Made by a program: the position numbers and the translations under genes
From: an uncultured bacterium
GTDB taxonomy: Bacteria; Krumholzibacteriota; Krumholzibacteriia; LZORAL124-64-63
Direction: 5' to 3'
NCBI GenBank assembly: GCA_963772145.1
Contig: CAVYVY010000024.1
Location: 130,870 to 194,869 of the forward strand
Length of the DNA: 64,000 nucleotides
Shown: in pieces, positions 20,132 through 29,156 of the stretch
How the letters are laid out: each line of letters starts with the position of its first letter
How positions within the stretch are numbered: position 1 is the stretch's first letter
The notes under the pieces: model-generated
Told to the model about the DNA's origin: nothing
The model's database searches: none
The model's input: only the letters and a program-made list of their open reading frames with translations

Positions 20132-22267
20132 ATGGCCGCGCAACTGGTCGCGCTCGGCTTCCTCGCGCTGCTCGGGCAGGTCGTGCTGCTGCGCGAGGCG
20201 ACGGTGGCGGCGTACGGCAGCGAACTGGCGGTGGTGCTCGCGCTGGGGCTGTGGCTGCTCGGCGCCGCGGCCGGAGCCGCCGCCGGAGCGCGGCGGGCGC
20301 AACCATCGCCGGCGCTCGCGTCACGGCTGTTCGCGCTGGCCGGCGCGCTGATCCCGCTCGCCGTCGTCTGGTCGCGCGCGGCGCGGCCGCTGCTGGGCGG
20401 GGTGCGCGGCGGCGACCTGCCCTTCCCGCTGCAACTCGCTGGCGATGGCGGTGACTCTCGTGCCGGCCGCCGCGGCGGGCGGCGCCCTCTTCCCCGCGCT
20501 CGCCCGCCTCGCCGCCGCCGGCGGCTGCGGCGTCGCCCGCGCCTACGCCCTCGAGAGCGCCGGCGCCTTGCTCGGCGGGCTCGCCGCCGCCGCCGCGGCG
20601 CGGCTGGCCGTGCCGGGCCTGCTCCTGGCCCTCGCCTGCGCCGCGGCCGTCCCGCTCGCGCTGCTCGCGCGCAACCGTCGTGCGACGGCGGCCGGCGCCG
20701 CCGCGCTGCTCGCCCTGCTCGCCGCGCTCGCGCCACGCCTCGACCTCGCCACCACCGGCTGGACCCACCCCGGCCTGGTCGAGACCCGCGACACCCCCTA
20801 CGGCCGCCTCACGCTCGAGGAACACGCCGGGCAGGTCACCGTCTTCGTCAACGACGCGCTCGCCTACGAGACGCAGGGCCAGTCGTCCGCCGAGTTCGCC
20901 TCGCTCGCGGCGCTGCAGGCGGCCAACCCGGGGCGCGTGCTCGTGCTCGGCGGCGGCGCCTGCGGCCTGGTGCGCGAGCTGCTGCGCCACGGCCCGCGGG
21001 AAGTGACGGCGGTCGACCTCGACCCCGCCCTGCAGCGCGCCCTCGCCCCCCGCCTGCCGGCGGACCTGCGCGCCGCCCTGGCCGACCCGCGCGTGCGCGC
21101 GGTCACGGCCGACCCGCGCGCCTGGCTCGCCCGCGACGCCGGCGCCTGGGACCTCATCGTGATCGGCCTGCCCGAGCCGGCCTCGGGCGCCACGAACCGC
21201 TTCTATACGCAGGAATTCTTCGCGCTCTGCGCCGGGCGCCTCGCCCCCGGCGGCGCGCTGGCGCTGCGGCTGCCGGCGGCGGAGAACCTCTGGGCCCCGG
21301 CGCTGGTGAACCGCACCGCGAGCGTGGTTGCGGCGCTGCGCGCCGCCGGCATGGACGCGCTCGTGCTGCCGGGCGCCGCCGGCATCGTCGTCGCGGCGAA
21401 GGGAACGCTGCCGCGCGACCCGGAGCTGCTCGCCGCAAGGCTGACGGCGCGCGGCGCCTCCGGCCCCCTCGTCACGCCGGCCTACCTGCGCTACCTCTAC
21501 ACGAACGACCGGCTCGCCGGCGTCGCCGCGGAGCTCGCCGCCGCCAACGCCCCCGCCAACCGCGATGCGCGCCCGGTCTGCTACCCGTACACGCTGGCGC
21601 TCTGGCTGGCGAAGTTCTACCCCGCGCTCGCCCGCCTCGACCCGTCCGCCGCGACCGGGCCGCTCCGCGCGCTGTGGCCCGCGGCCGCGGTGGCGCTGGT
21701 GGCGCTGGTGCTCCTGAGTCGCCGCCTGCGTCGCCGGTCGGCGCTCGCCGTCGCCGCGGCCGGCGCCGCCGGCATGCTGATCGAGGCCCTCGCGCTGCTC
21801 GCCTTCCAGACCCGCCACGGCGCTCTCTACCGCGACCTCGGCCTGCTGCTCGCCGCCTTCATGGCCGGACTCGCCGCCGGCGCCCTGGCCGCCGACCGTC
21901 GCCGGTCGATCCCGCGCGCGGCGGGCGGACAATGGCCGCGCGGTGGCGCGCCGCCGCGCCGTCCGCCGCGCTCGCGCTCCTCGCCACCCTGCTCGCCCTG
22001 CGCCTGCGGGCCGGGGCGGCGCCCGGCCTGCCCGAAGCCTCGCTCTGGCTGGCATCAACGGGCGCGCTGACCGCCGCGGTCTTCGGCCTCGCCGCCCGCC
22101 GCGCATCGGCGCCGTCCCGCGCCGCCGGCCCCCTCTACGCCGCCGACCTGCTCGGCGGCTGCCTCGGCTCCCTGGCCGGCAGCCTGCTCCTCATCCCGCT
22201 CGCCGGCCTGCCCGCCACCGCTCTGGCGGCCGCCGCCCTCGCGCTCGCCGCGGCGGCGTGGAGCTGA
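20132..22267 (+). CDS. Membrane-embedded spermidine-synthase-like (polyamine aminopropyltransferase family) protein with N- and C-terminal TM bundles, two frameshifts
   Basis: It starts 3 nt after the AMMECR1 stop. The central part is TPYGRLTLEEHAGQVTVFVNDALAYETQGQS...RVLVLGGGACGLVRELLRHGPREVTAVDLDP...DLIVIGLPEPASGATNRFYTQEFF, flanked by Ala/Leu-rich TM helices (ORFs 20132-22267 and 20445-22070). Confidence 0.7.
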   Translation: MAAQLVALGFLALLGQVVLLREATVAAYGSELAVVLALGLWLLGAAAGAAAGARRAQPSPALASRLFALAGALIPLAVVWSRAARPLLGGVRGGDLPFPLQLAGDGGDSRAGRRGGRRPLPRARPPRRRRRLRRRPRLRPRERRRLARRARRRRRGAAGRAGPAPGPRLRRGRPARAARAQPSCDGGRRRRAARPARRARATPRPRHHRLDPPRPGRDPRHPLRPPHARGTRRAGHRLRQRRARLRDAGPVVRRVRLARGAAGGQPGARARARRRRLRPGARAAAPRPAGSDGGRPRPRPAARPRPPPAGGPARRPGRPARARGHGRPARLARPRRRRLGPHRDRPARAGLGRHEPLLYAGILRALRRAPRPRRRAGAAAAGGGEPLGPGAGEPHRERGCGAARRRHGRARAAGRRRHRRRGEGNAAARPGAARRKADGARRLRPPRHAGLPALPLHERPARRRRRGARRRQRPRQPRCAPGLLPVHAGALAGEVLPRARPPRPVRRDRAAPRAVARGRGGAGGAGAPESPPASPVGARRRRGRRRRHADRGPRAARLPDPPRRSLPRPRPAARRLHGRTRRRRPGRRPSPVDPARGGRTMAARWRAAAPSAALALLATLLALRLRAGAAPGLPEASLWLASTGALTAAVFGLAARRASAPSRAAGPLYAADLLGGCLGSLAGSLLLIPLAGLPATALAAAALALAAAAWS

Positions 22268-22344
22268 CGACTCGACCGCCCCTTGCCTCGACCGGACCGC
22301 CACCGTAGTCTCCCCATGCCAACCAGATCGATCGGAGGCCGACG

Positions 22345-22830
22345 ATGAATCCGACCCTCGCCCCGCTGCTCGCCCAACTCAAGGTGAACGACTGGCTGTT
22401 CCGGCAGTCGATCGCGGATCTGACCGCCGCGGAGGCGGCGCGTTCGCCCGACGGGAAAATCAATTCACCGCAATGGGTGGCCGGCCACCTGGCCGCCACG
22501 CGCGCCGTGCTGGCACAACTGCTCGGACTGACGGAGGATCCGGCGCCGTTCGGCGGCGTCTTCAACCGGGGCGCGCCGTTCGACCCGGCGGCTGTCTACC
22601 CGCCGCTGGCCGAGATCACCGCGCTTTTCGCGGCACTCGGCGGGCGGATCCGCGAACGCGGGGAGACGATTCCCGACGCGGCGCTCGCCGCGCCCGCGCC
22701 GTTCAACCTGCCGATCGCCGACAAGACCATCCTCGGCGGCATCGCGTTCCTGTCGCTGCACGAGAGCTACCACGTCGGCCAGCTCGGCTACCTGCGCCGG
22801 CTGCTCGGGCACGGCCCGGCCACCGGCTGA
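22345..22830 (+). CDS. DinB-family (DinB_2) four-helix-bundle protein
   Basis: GGAGG RBS. NDWLFRQSIADLTAAEAARSP...SPQWVAGHLAATR...LSLHESYHVGQLGYLRRLLG. Intact, 161 aa. Confidence 0.75.
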   Translation: MNPTLAPLLAQLKVNDWLFRQSIADLTAAEAARSPDGKINSPQWVAGHLAATRAVLAQLLGLTEDPAPFGGVFNRGAPFDPAAVYPPLAEITALFAALGGRIRERGETIPDAALAAPAPFNLPIADKTILGGIAFLSLHESYHVGQLGYLRRLLGHGPATG

Positions 22831-23110
22831 GCGGAGCGAGAGCGCCGGACAGACGCGCACATCGGCCGGCTCTCACAGACAATCACGCCTGTTTGCGTCC
22901 AATATTGCGCCATTGACGCTTGATTGCCGATTCCTCTCCCGGTCCTGCCATAACCATGAAAAACCTCGGTGTCGTAGCGGAATTTCATGATTGGTTCATA
23001 AAATGTTTAATCATAGCCTTTTGCGCCGCTGCTCTGCGCCGGTTTTCGACCGTTTGTCGCTGATTTCCCGTTTCTTTCCTGGTAGGTGGGACCAGACCCC
23101 GCAGCAGCGC

Positions 23111-23250
23111 GACTTCAAGGGGGACAACCCGGCCACGCGGGTGACCAGGTTCCGCGAGGTCTCCAGGGGCCGCTTCCCGCAGCCAGCAGGCCGTGCTGTA
23201 GATCGCTCAGCGCTCCGCGACCGGCACTGTAGTCGACGCAACCGGCCAGT
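23111..23250 (+). pseudogene. Possible remnant of a tyrosine integrase N-terminal region
   Basis: FKGDNPATRVTRFREVSRGRF resembles the integrase pattern NPa..v+.f+e..r.RFL. The next frame reads SQQAVL.IAQ. It sits in a low-GC gap 2 kb from tRNA-Lys. This is a weak, pattern-level call only. Confidence 0.3.
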
Positions 23251-23413
23251 TCCTTGCCCCGGTCAGGCCCCAGCGTCGGGCCCTTTGCTATATCCTTTGC
23301 TAAATCCCTAAAATCCCGCGCGGTTCAGCAAACAGCCAAATCACTGTACCTGAATGACTTGCGTACGCGGCGCCCCTTCCGGGGCCGTTTCCCGGGCAGA
23401 TTCCTTTGCTCAA

Positions 23414-25096
23414 TCATCTCGCGTCGTCGCCATTGGCGACATCCGACATCACCCACTCGGAGCACGCTCGGGTGCCGCGATTGACGATTCTCCCAGCTCG
23501 TCGGAGCTCCTGCAGAAGGTTGTGGACCTTGCGGATCTTCTGCTCTTCGGTCAATCGATCGGGCAGCTTCGGCACGAGGGCCTGATTTACATCCTTGCGC
23601 TCAACCGGCCCGTGCTCTCGCACCAGGGCCACGATCAGGTCCAAGTAGTACCGCTTATCGAAACCGCGTTCCCGGATGTGCCGGCCGGCCTCTCCGGTCA
23701 CTTTGGCCACGGTTCCCGCGACCATGAGGCGCGGAAAGCGCCCCTCGACGAGCTCGGCGGTCTTCAGCCGACGGTGGTCTTCCCGCCCGATGGGCAGTCC
23801 CTTCTGCACCCGATCAAGAAGCATGACCTGCCCGAGATCGAGATCGGTCCGCTCCATCAGGAGTCGCGTATAGCGCTCGTCCAGGATCCGCCCGGTGAGG
23901 CTCACGGCCACGCGCTCCGGCTCGGCAAGATCGTAGTCCGGCAGCGGGAACGAGCGCCGCCGCTGCGTCTCGAACATGCGCTTTATGCCACCGCCCTGGG
24001 TGTCAATCAGGTTCAGCTCGACCATCGCATCGGCCAGAAACGGGTTGCGGTAGATGGCCTGCGGCGCGTTCTGCCGGATCACCGTCTCGACATCGCCCGG
24101 CAGGAAGTCACCGACATTGGTCACGAGCACGCGGTCAGGGAACTCGACCACGACGATGCGCCCGTGCCGGCGGTAGTCCTGGTGCGCGACACTGTTGTGC
24201 AGGGCCTCGCGGATCACCCAGGGGTCGTACTGCGTGATCTCCTGCGGGAAGAGGGTGCCGTTGGGCAGCGCGCGCACGATGAGGTTGCGGATGCGCTTCA
24301 ACAGACGATCGCCGGCGAGCAGAAACGGTGGACCGATGTGCTCGTAGTCCAACTCGCGGTTTTCAGCGTCCTTGAGGATCCACGAGATCCTCGCCACCGA
24401 GGGCGAGAGCAGAGTCGCCGACTCGCCACGCCCGAGCAGCAGGAGTGCGGCATTCGTGACCGCCCCCTGCTTCAACGCCCTGGCCTTGTCGAGGAAAGTG
24501 CGGTTCCCCCACCCGGCGATCTCGTCTGCACGACCCGGGTGCTTGACCGCGAATTGCTCGCGCGCCTTGGCCACGGCCTCCGGGTCGAGATCATCCAGGG
24601 ACGCCCGTTCGCACACCTCCGCCGACCAGTCGCTCCCGCGCGTCCAGAGCGCGCGTGCCTTCTCGGGATGCTTGCCGAGTTCGGTCTTGCTGGCACCAAC
24701 GCGCACGTAGGCCGTTCCGTGAAAGCAGACCGGCTGATCCTTCGCCGGGCCGACCTCGAACAGGACGACACGCCCGTCCGAATGTTCGAAGACGTGGACC
24801 TCGAATCCCGTGTTTGGGTGAAGTCCCGCCGCGAGCCAGGGCAACAGGTCCTGATTACCCTTGGCCTTCGTCACATAGGGATCAAAGCGCGTGCCGACGA
24901 CGTCGTGCGTCTCGTTGTCGATGCCGAAAGCCAGGTAACCTCGTGGTTGGCTTGACAGACATGCCGAGTTCGCAAGGGCAGACAGGTATTCGCCGAGCAC
25001 CTGAGGCTCGTACCAGTCATGCTTGAACTCAAACCACTCCCTTTCGGCCGGCAGAGCCCGCAGTCGGTCGATGAGCATGATGTGCTCTGTGCCCAT
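23414..25096 (-). CDS. AlbA_2 (Schlafen-like DNA-binding) domain plus ATPase-like domain plus C-terminal wHTH protein (often annotated as a RecG-like putative transcriptional regulator)
   Basis: ALPAEREWFEFKHDWYEP...YLSALANSA...GYLAFGIDNETHDVVG, then EALHNSVAHQDYRRHGRIVVVEFPDRVLVTNVG...RNPFLADAMVELNLIDTQGGGIKRM. The ORF is intact, in the lower-GC islet next to tRNA-Lys. Confidence 0.7.
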   Translation of the reverse strand: MGTEHIMLIDRLRALPAEREWFEFKHDWYEPQVLGEYLSALANSACLSSQPRGYLAFGIDNETHDVVGTRFDPYVTKAKGNQDLLPWLAAGLHPNTGFEVHVFEHSDGRVVLFEVGPAKDQPVCFHGTAYVRVGASKTELGKHPEKARALWTRGSDWSAEVCERASLDDLDPEAVAKAREQFAVKHPGRADEIAGWGNRTFLDKARALKQGAVTNAALLLLGRGESATLLSPSVARISWILKDAENRELDYEHIGPPFLLAGDRLLKRIRNLIVRALPNGTLFPQEITQYDPWVIREALHNSVAHQDYRRHGRIVVVEFPDRVLVTNVGDFLPGDVETVIRQNAPQAIYRNPFLADAMVELNLIDTQGGGIKRMFETQRRRSFPLPDYDLAEPERVAVSLTGRILDERYTRLLMERTDLDLGQVMLLDRVQKGLPIGREDHRRLKTAELVEGRFPRLMVAGTVAKVTGEAGRHIRERGFDKRYYLDLIVALVREHGPVERKDVNQALVPKLPDRLTEEQKIRKVHNLLQELRRAGRIVNRGTRACSEWVMSDVANGDDAR

Positions 25097-25311
25097 AAGC
25101 TGCTTTGTCGGGGCAGCCGCAGCCTGCCCCTCCCCCTGATCGAGGGACTTGTTTGAGCCGATGGCTTCGGGGACGGAGGGCGAGACCATCCAGACCGCGC
25201 GGGCGCCACCGTATTCGCGCGAGCACAGGCCAGCTTGCATCTTAGCAGCCATGCGGATCGCGGATCAACCCGGCAATGGCTTGGTATCGGAGAGTCGCTG
25301 ATCGTGTAAGT

Positions 25312-25387
25312 TGGTGCGCCGCCGGGGACTCGAACCCCAAACCTACTGATTAAGAGTCAGTTGCTCTACCAGTTGAGCTAGCGGCGC
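25312..25387 (-). tRNA. tRNA-Lys (anticodon CTT)
   Basis: The reverse complement GCGCCGCTAGCTCAACTGGTAGAGCAACTGACTCTTAATCAGTAGGTTTGGGGTTCGAGTCCCCGGCGGCGCACCA folds as a cloverleaf. The anticodon loop is CT-CTT-AA and CCA is encoded. Confidence 0.95.
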
Positions 25388-25448
25388 TCCAGAGACGGGC
25401 GGGTGTGGCCGGCGGGGATGCGGGGTGCTATCCTCGCGGGGACGAAGG

Positions 25449-25477
25449 AATTAAGCACGGGGGGCCGGCGTTGTCAA
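25449..25477 (-). promoter_or_regulatory. Candidate promoter of tRNA-Lys
   Basis: On the minus strand: TTGACA (25472-25477), 17 nt, then TTAATT (25449-25454). Confidence 0.35.
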
Positions 25478-25508
25478 GCCGGAGAGGCTCAGGCACACTG
25501 GAGGAAAT

Positions 25509-26180
25509 GTGACGGCGGACGGTACCGGGGCGACCCGGGTGCTCGATCTGGCGACCCGCAAGCGGCGGGCGAAGATCGTCGTGCGGTTACTGCGGAAGGA
25601 ATTTCCCGACGCGGCCTGCTCGCTCGACCATCGGGATGCGTTCCAACTGCTGGTGGCGACCATCCTCTCGGCCCAGTGCACCGATGCGCGGGTCAATCTG
25701 GTGACGCCGGGGCTGTTTCGGCAGTTCCCCTCGCCTCGCGATTTTGCCGAGGCGCCGCTTGCCGAAATCGAGGAGGCGATCCGCTCCACCGGGTTCTTCC
25801 ACAACAAGGCGAAGGCGCTGCAGGGGTGCGCTCGCGCCTTGATCGAGCGGCATGGCGGAGAGGTGCCACGCACGATGGACGAACTGCGGGTGCTGCCTGG
25901 TGTAGGGCGTAAGACGGCGAACGTCGTGCTCGGGGACGCGTTTGGCTCGCCCGACGGGGTCGTGGTCGACACGCATGTGGGGCGGATCGCGCGGAAGCTC
26001 GGGCTGACCGGGGAGCAGGATCCGGAGAAGGTGGAGCGGGATCTCAGCGGCTGCGTCCCCCGCACTGACTGGGTGGCGGTCGGACACCTGCTGATCGAGC
26101 ACGGGCGGCGGACCTGCCGGGCGCGGGCGCCGCGGTGCGACGGGTGTCCGTTGTATGCGGAGTGCGAAGCGCGGGGCTGA
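25509..26180 (+). CDS. nth: Endonuclease III (DNA glycosylase/AP lyase)
   Basis: [24 protein letters not shown]...[13 protein letters not shown]...[15 protein letters not shown]...[17 protein letters not shown] (the FeS cluster loop). Intact. Confidence 0.9.
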   Translation: MTADGTGATRVLDLATRKRRAKIVVRLLRKEFPDAACSLDHRDAFQLLVATILSAQCTDARVNLVTPGLFRQFPSPRDFAEAPLAEIEEAIRSTGFFHNKAKALQGCARALIERHGGEVPRTMDELRVLPGVGRKTANVVLGDAFGSPDGVVVDTHVGRIARKLGLTGEQDPEKVERDLSGCVPRTDWVAVGHLLIEHGRRTCRARAPRCDGCPLYAECEARG

Positions 26181-26197
26181 TCGATGCCGGGGCGACG

Positions 26198-26240
26198 AAA
26201 AACGGCGCCGGCCTCGTGGGGGGGGCCGGCGCCGTCTGTT
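26198..26240. terminator. Hairpin terminator between convergent nth and ssb (best fit for ssb)
   Basis: 12-bp stem ACGGCGCCGGCC (26202-26213) / GGCCGGCGCCGT (26224-26235). An A5 run lies upstream (T5 on the minus strand) and CTGTTT downstream. Confidence 0.7.
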
Positions 26241-26258
26241 TCGAACCGATCCGCGGAG

Positions 26259-26757
26259 CTAGAACGGCAGGTCGTCGTCGTCCGAGCCGGGCGGAGGGGC
26301 CTGCGGGAAATCGCCTTCGTCGTCGGGGTGCGGGGACGGGCCGCCGGGGCGCGGGCCGCGCTGGCCACCGCCGCCGCCGCCGCGCGCTGCCGGCGCGGCC
26401 ACCGCCGCCGCCGCCTTCGCCCTCACCGGGGCGGCCGAGCATCTGCATGATGTTGGCCACGACCTCGGTGGTGTAGCGCTTGCCGCCCTCCTTGTCCTCC
26501 CACTGGCGGGTCTGGATGCGGCCCTCGACGTAGATCTGCTTGCCCTTCTTCAGGTACTGCCCGCAGATCTCGCCGAGCTTGCCCCAGGCCACGATGTTGT
26601 GCCACTCGGTGCGTTCCTGCTTGTTCCCTTCGCGATCGGTCCAGACGTCGGTGGTGGCGATGCGGAAGTTCGCCACCGCCTGGCTGTTCTGGGTGTAGCG
26701 CACCTCGGGGTCGGCCCCGAGGTTGCCGATGAGGATGACCTTGTTGACACTCGCCAT
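26259..26757 (-). CDS. ssb: Single-stranded DNA-binding protein, frameshift in the Gly-rich tail
   Basis: [91 protein letters not shown]. The acidic tip GSDDDDLPF-stop is read in another frame and ends at 26259. Confidence 0.9.
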
Positions 26758-26923
26758 CCCAACCTCCTGCGGCTGGGCGGCCAATGGCCGCCCTGGTTCT
26801 TGATGGCCCGGTTGACCGGGCGCTCCCGGCGCGCAGCCCTGACCGCCACCCGGGCAGGGGAGGACACGGCGGCTGGGAGGAACGCCCCGATCGCGCGCGG
26901 AGATCGGGACGGGAGAAAAGCGG

Positions 26924-26999
26924 TGGGGTGGATGATGGGACTCGAACCCACAACAACCGGGACCACAACCCGGGGCTCTGCCATTGAGCTACATCCACC
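26924..26999 (-). tRNA. tRNA-His (anticodon GTG), with G-1
   Basis: Reverse complement GGTGGATGTAGCTCAATGGCAGAGCCCCGGGTTGTGGTCCCGGTTGTTGTGGGTTCGAGTCCCATCATCCACCCCA. The anticodon loop is TT-GTG-GT, and the extra 5' G pairs with C73. Confidence 0.9.
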
Positions 27000-27015
27000 A
27001 CCGAAATTGCATGTC

Positions 27016-27092
27016 TGGCGCGCCTGGCAGGACTCGAACCTGCGACCGTCGGATTAGAAATCCGATGCTCTATCCGACTGAGCTACAGGCGC
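27016..27092 (-). tRNA. tRNA-Arg (anticodon TCT)
   Basis: Reverse complement GCGCCTGTAGCTCAGTCGGATAGAGCATCGGATTTCTAATCCGACGGTCGCAGGTTCGAGTCCTGCCAGGCGCGCCA. The anticodon loop is TT-TCT-AA. Confidence 0.9.
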
Positions 27093-27178
27093 AAGCTGGC
27101 CCCGCCGCAGCGCGCGGGGACGGCTATGATGGCCCCGGTCGCGCGGCGTGTCAAGGCTCCCGCCGTCAACGGCAGTGG

Positions 27179-27255
<77 letters not shown>

Positions 27256-27329
27256 ACCTTTCAGCAACCGGCGGGCCACCCCGCATTCCGGGCCGACGCA
27301 GGCCCGCCGCGGCCGAGCCGCGCTGTCCA

Positions 27330-27358
27330 TGAATAGGGGCGCCCCCGGCAGGTGTCAA
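27330..27358 (-). promoter_or_regulatory. Candidate promoter of the tRNA-Pro/Arg/His cluster
   Basis: On the minus strand: TTGACA (27353-27358), 17 nt, then TATTCA (27330-27335), just downstream of the rdgB stop. Confidence 0.4.
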
Positions 27359-27365
27359 TGCAGGT

Positions 27366-28394
27366 TCACGCCGCGGGTGCATCGCTGGCCACCGCGGCCG
27401 ACAGCAGCCGGCGCAGGGCGCGACCACGGTGGCTGATGGCGTTCTTGGCCTCCGGCTCCAGTTCGGCCAGGGTGCGATCGCTGCCGTGCGGCCGGAAAAG
27501 CGGGTCGTAGCCGAAACCGCCCCAGCCGACCGGTTCGCGCGTCACCTCGCCGACCAGGCGGCCGGCCGCGGAGATCTCCAGCCAGACCGGCTCGTTCACG
27601 CCGCGGCCCGGCGCCTCGGGCGACAGGCCGGACGGGGCGGTGAGGGTCGGCGGCGGCAGGGTGCCGTCGGGCCCGTCGGTCGTCCAGATCCGGGTGTCGG
27701 GCAGGCGCAGCGCGGGCGGCGCCGCCCCGTCGCAGCACCAGGCCCCCGGCAGCGGCGCGAGCAGCCGGTCGAACGTCTCGCGCAGCCGCGCGCGTCGCCG
27801 CCGTGCGTGACGAGGATGTCGCCCCAGCGCGCCCGGTACGCCGCCCAGGCCCGGCGGGCGGTCGCCGAAGCTGTCCCAGTAGGCGGCCTCGCGAGCCGGA
27901 TCCTTCACCTCGATGGCGCGGGCGAACGGATTGTGCAGCCAGCGCGTGTCGCCCTCCGGGACCGCCGCCGGGGGCGGGCCGCCGCCGGCGCGCGGACGGG
28001 GATCGACCCAGACCGCGGCGGTGATGAAGCGGGCCTGCCGGTGACCATCCGGCACGTCGCGCAGCAGCGCGAGCAGCAGGTCGACGTTGTCGGCGTAGGT
28101 GGCGTCCGGCCCGGCGAAACGGGAGGCGAAAATGTCGGGCAGATCGTTCAGCGCCGACACCTGGAAGGCGGTGTCGTCGGCGACCGCGATCTCGCCGGTC
28201 CAGGCGGCCGTGGCGATCGCCTTGCGGCTGGCGTTGCCCAAAGCGGTGGTGCCGTCCTCGACGACCTCCGGCAGGCCCGGATAGTCGAGCGCGGAGACGA
28301 TCTCGAACGGCAGGCCGGCGCACAGCTCGCGCATTTCGCGCAGCTTGTCGGCGTTGCGGCTCGCCAGGACGATGCGGCGGCGGGCGTTGGCCAT
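27366..28394 (-). CDS. rdgB: RdgB/HAM1 non-canonical purine NTP pyrophosphatase carrying a ~135-aa internal insertion
   Basis: The ends are canonical: [19 protein letters not shown]...[15 protein letters not shown]...[24 protein letters not shown]...[12 protein letters not shown] and [19 protein letters not shown]...[23 protein letters not shown] and GFGYDP are about 170 aa apart instead of about 35. Confidence 0.8.
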   Translation of the reverse strand: MANARRRIVLASRNADKLREMRELCAGLPFEIVSALDYPGLPEVVEDGTTALGNASRKAIATAAWTGEIAVADDTAFQVSALNDLPDIFASRFAGPDATYADNVDLLLALLRDVPDGHRQARFITAAVWVDPRPRAGGGPPPAAVPEGDTRWLHNPFARAIEVKDPAREAAYWDSFGDRPPGLGGVPGALGRHPRHARRRRARLRETFDRLLAPLPGAWCCDGAAPPALRLPDTRIWTTDGPDGTLPPPTLTAPSGLSPEAPGRGVNEPVWLEISAAGRLVGEVTREPVGWGGFGYDPLFRPHGSDRTLAELEPEAKNAISHRGRALRRLLSAAVASDAPAA

Positions 28395-28397
28395 CGG

Positions 28398-29141
28398 TCA
28401 GCTCCCCGCCGCGGCCGGCGGCGCCACCGGCGCCAGCGACGTCCGCTGCACCTCGCCGATCTTCCCGATCGCGGCGGCGCGCGAGATCGAGCATGCGCTC
28501 GAGCTCGGCGCGCTCGAACGGCTTGCGCTCCGCCGTGCCCTGCACCTCCACCAGGCCGCCCCCCTCCACCATGACCACGTTCATGTCGGTGCCGACCCGC
28601 GAGTCCTCGGCGTAGTCGAGGTCGAGCAGCACCTCGCCGTCGAGCACGCCGAGGCTGACCGCGCCGACCAGCTTCGGCATCGGGTGCTGCTTCAGGCGCA
28701 GGCGGCTGAGCGCGTCGTGCAGCGCCACCGCGGCGCCGTTGATCGCGGCGCAGCGGGTGCCGCCGTCGGCGCGCAGCACGTCGCAGTCGACCGTGATCGT
28801 CAGCTCGCCCATGGCGTGCAGGTCGGTCACCGCGCGCAGCGAGCGGCCGATCAGCCGCTGGATCTCCATCGTGCGGCCCCCCTGCCCCTTCGCCGACCGC
28901 CTCGCGGCGTCATCCGCTCGTCGGTGGAGCGGGGCAGCATGCCGTACTCCGCGGTCACCCAGCCGCTGCCGTTGCCCTTGATCCACTTCGGCACGCCGGC
29001 CGCGATGCTCGCCGTGCAGACCACGCACGGTCCGCCCCATCGTCGATGAGCGCCGAGCCCTCGGCGTGCGGCAGGTAGTCGCGAGTGATGCTGCAGGGGA
29101 CGCAGCTGGGTGGCCCGGCGGCCTTCGGCCCGTTCGGTCAC
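28398..29141 (-). CDS. rph: Ribonuclease PH, at least 3 frameshifts
   Basis: [37 protein letters not shown] (ORF 28851-29141) and [53 protein letters not shown]...[18 protein letters not shown] (frame of ORF 27355-30036). The restored C-terminus ends at TGA 28398-28400. Confidence 0.9.
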
Positions 29142-29156
29142 GCGCCGCTCCTTTGT

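Noticed and set aside
23019-23035. TTTTGCGCCGCTGCTC as a second att-like repeat of the tRNA-Lys 3' end (TTGGTGCGCCGCCGGG), bounding the small low-GC islet.
   Set aside because: Only about 11 of 14 positions match over a very short, GC-rich stretch. This is not distinguishable from chance without a statistical alignment.
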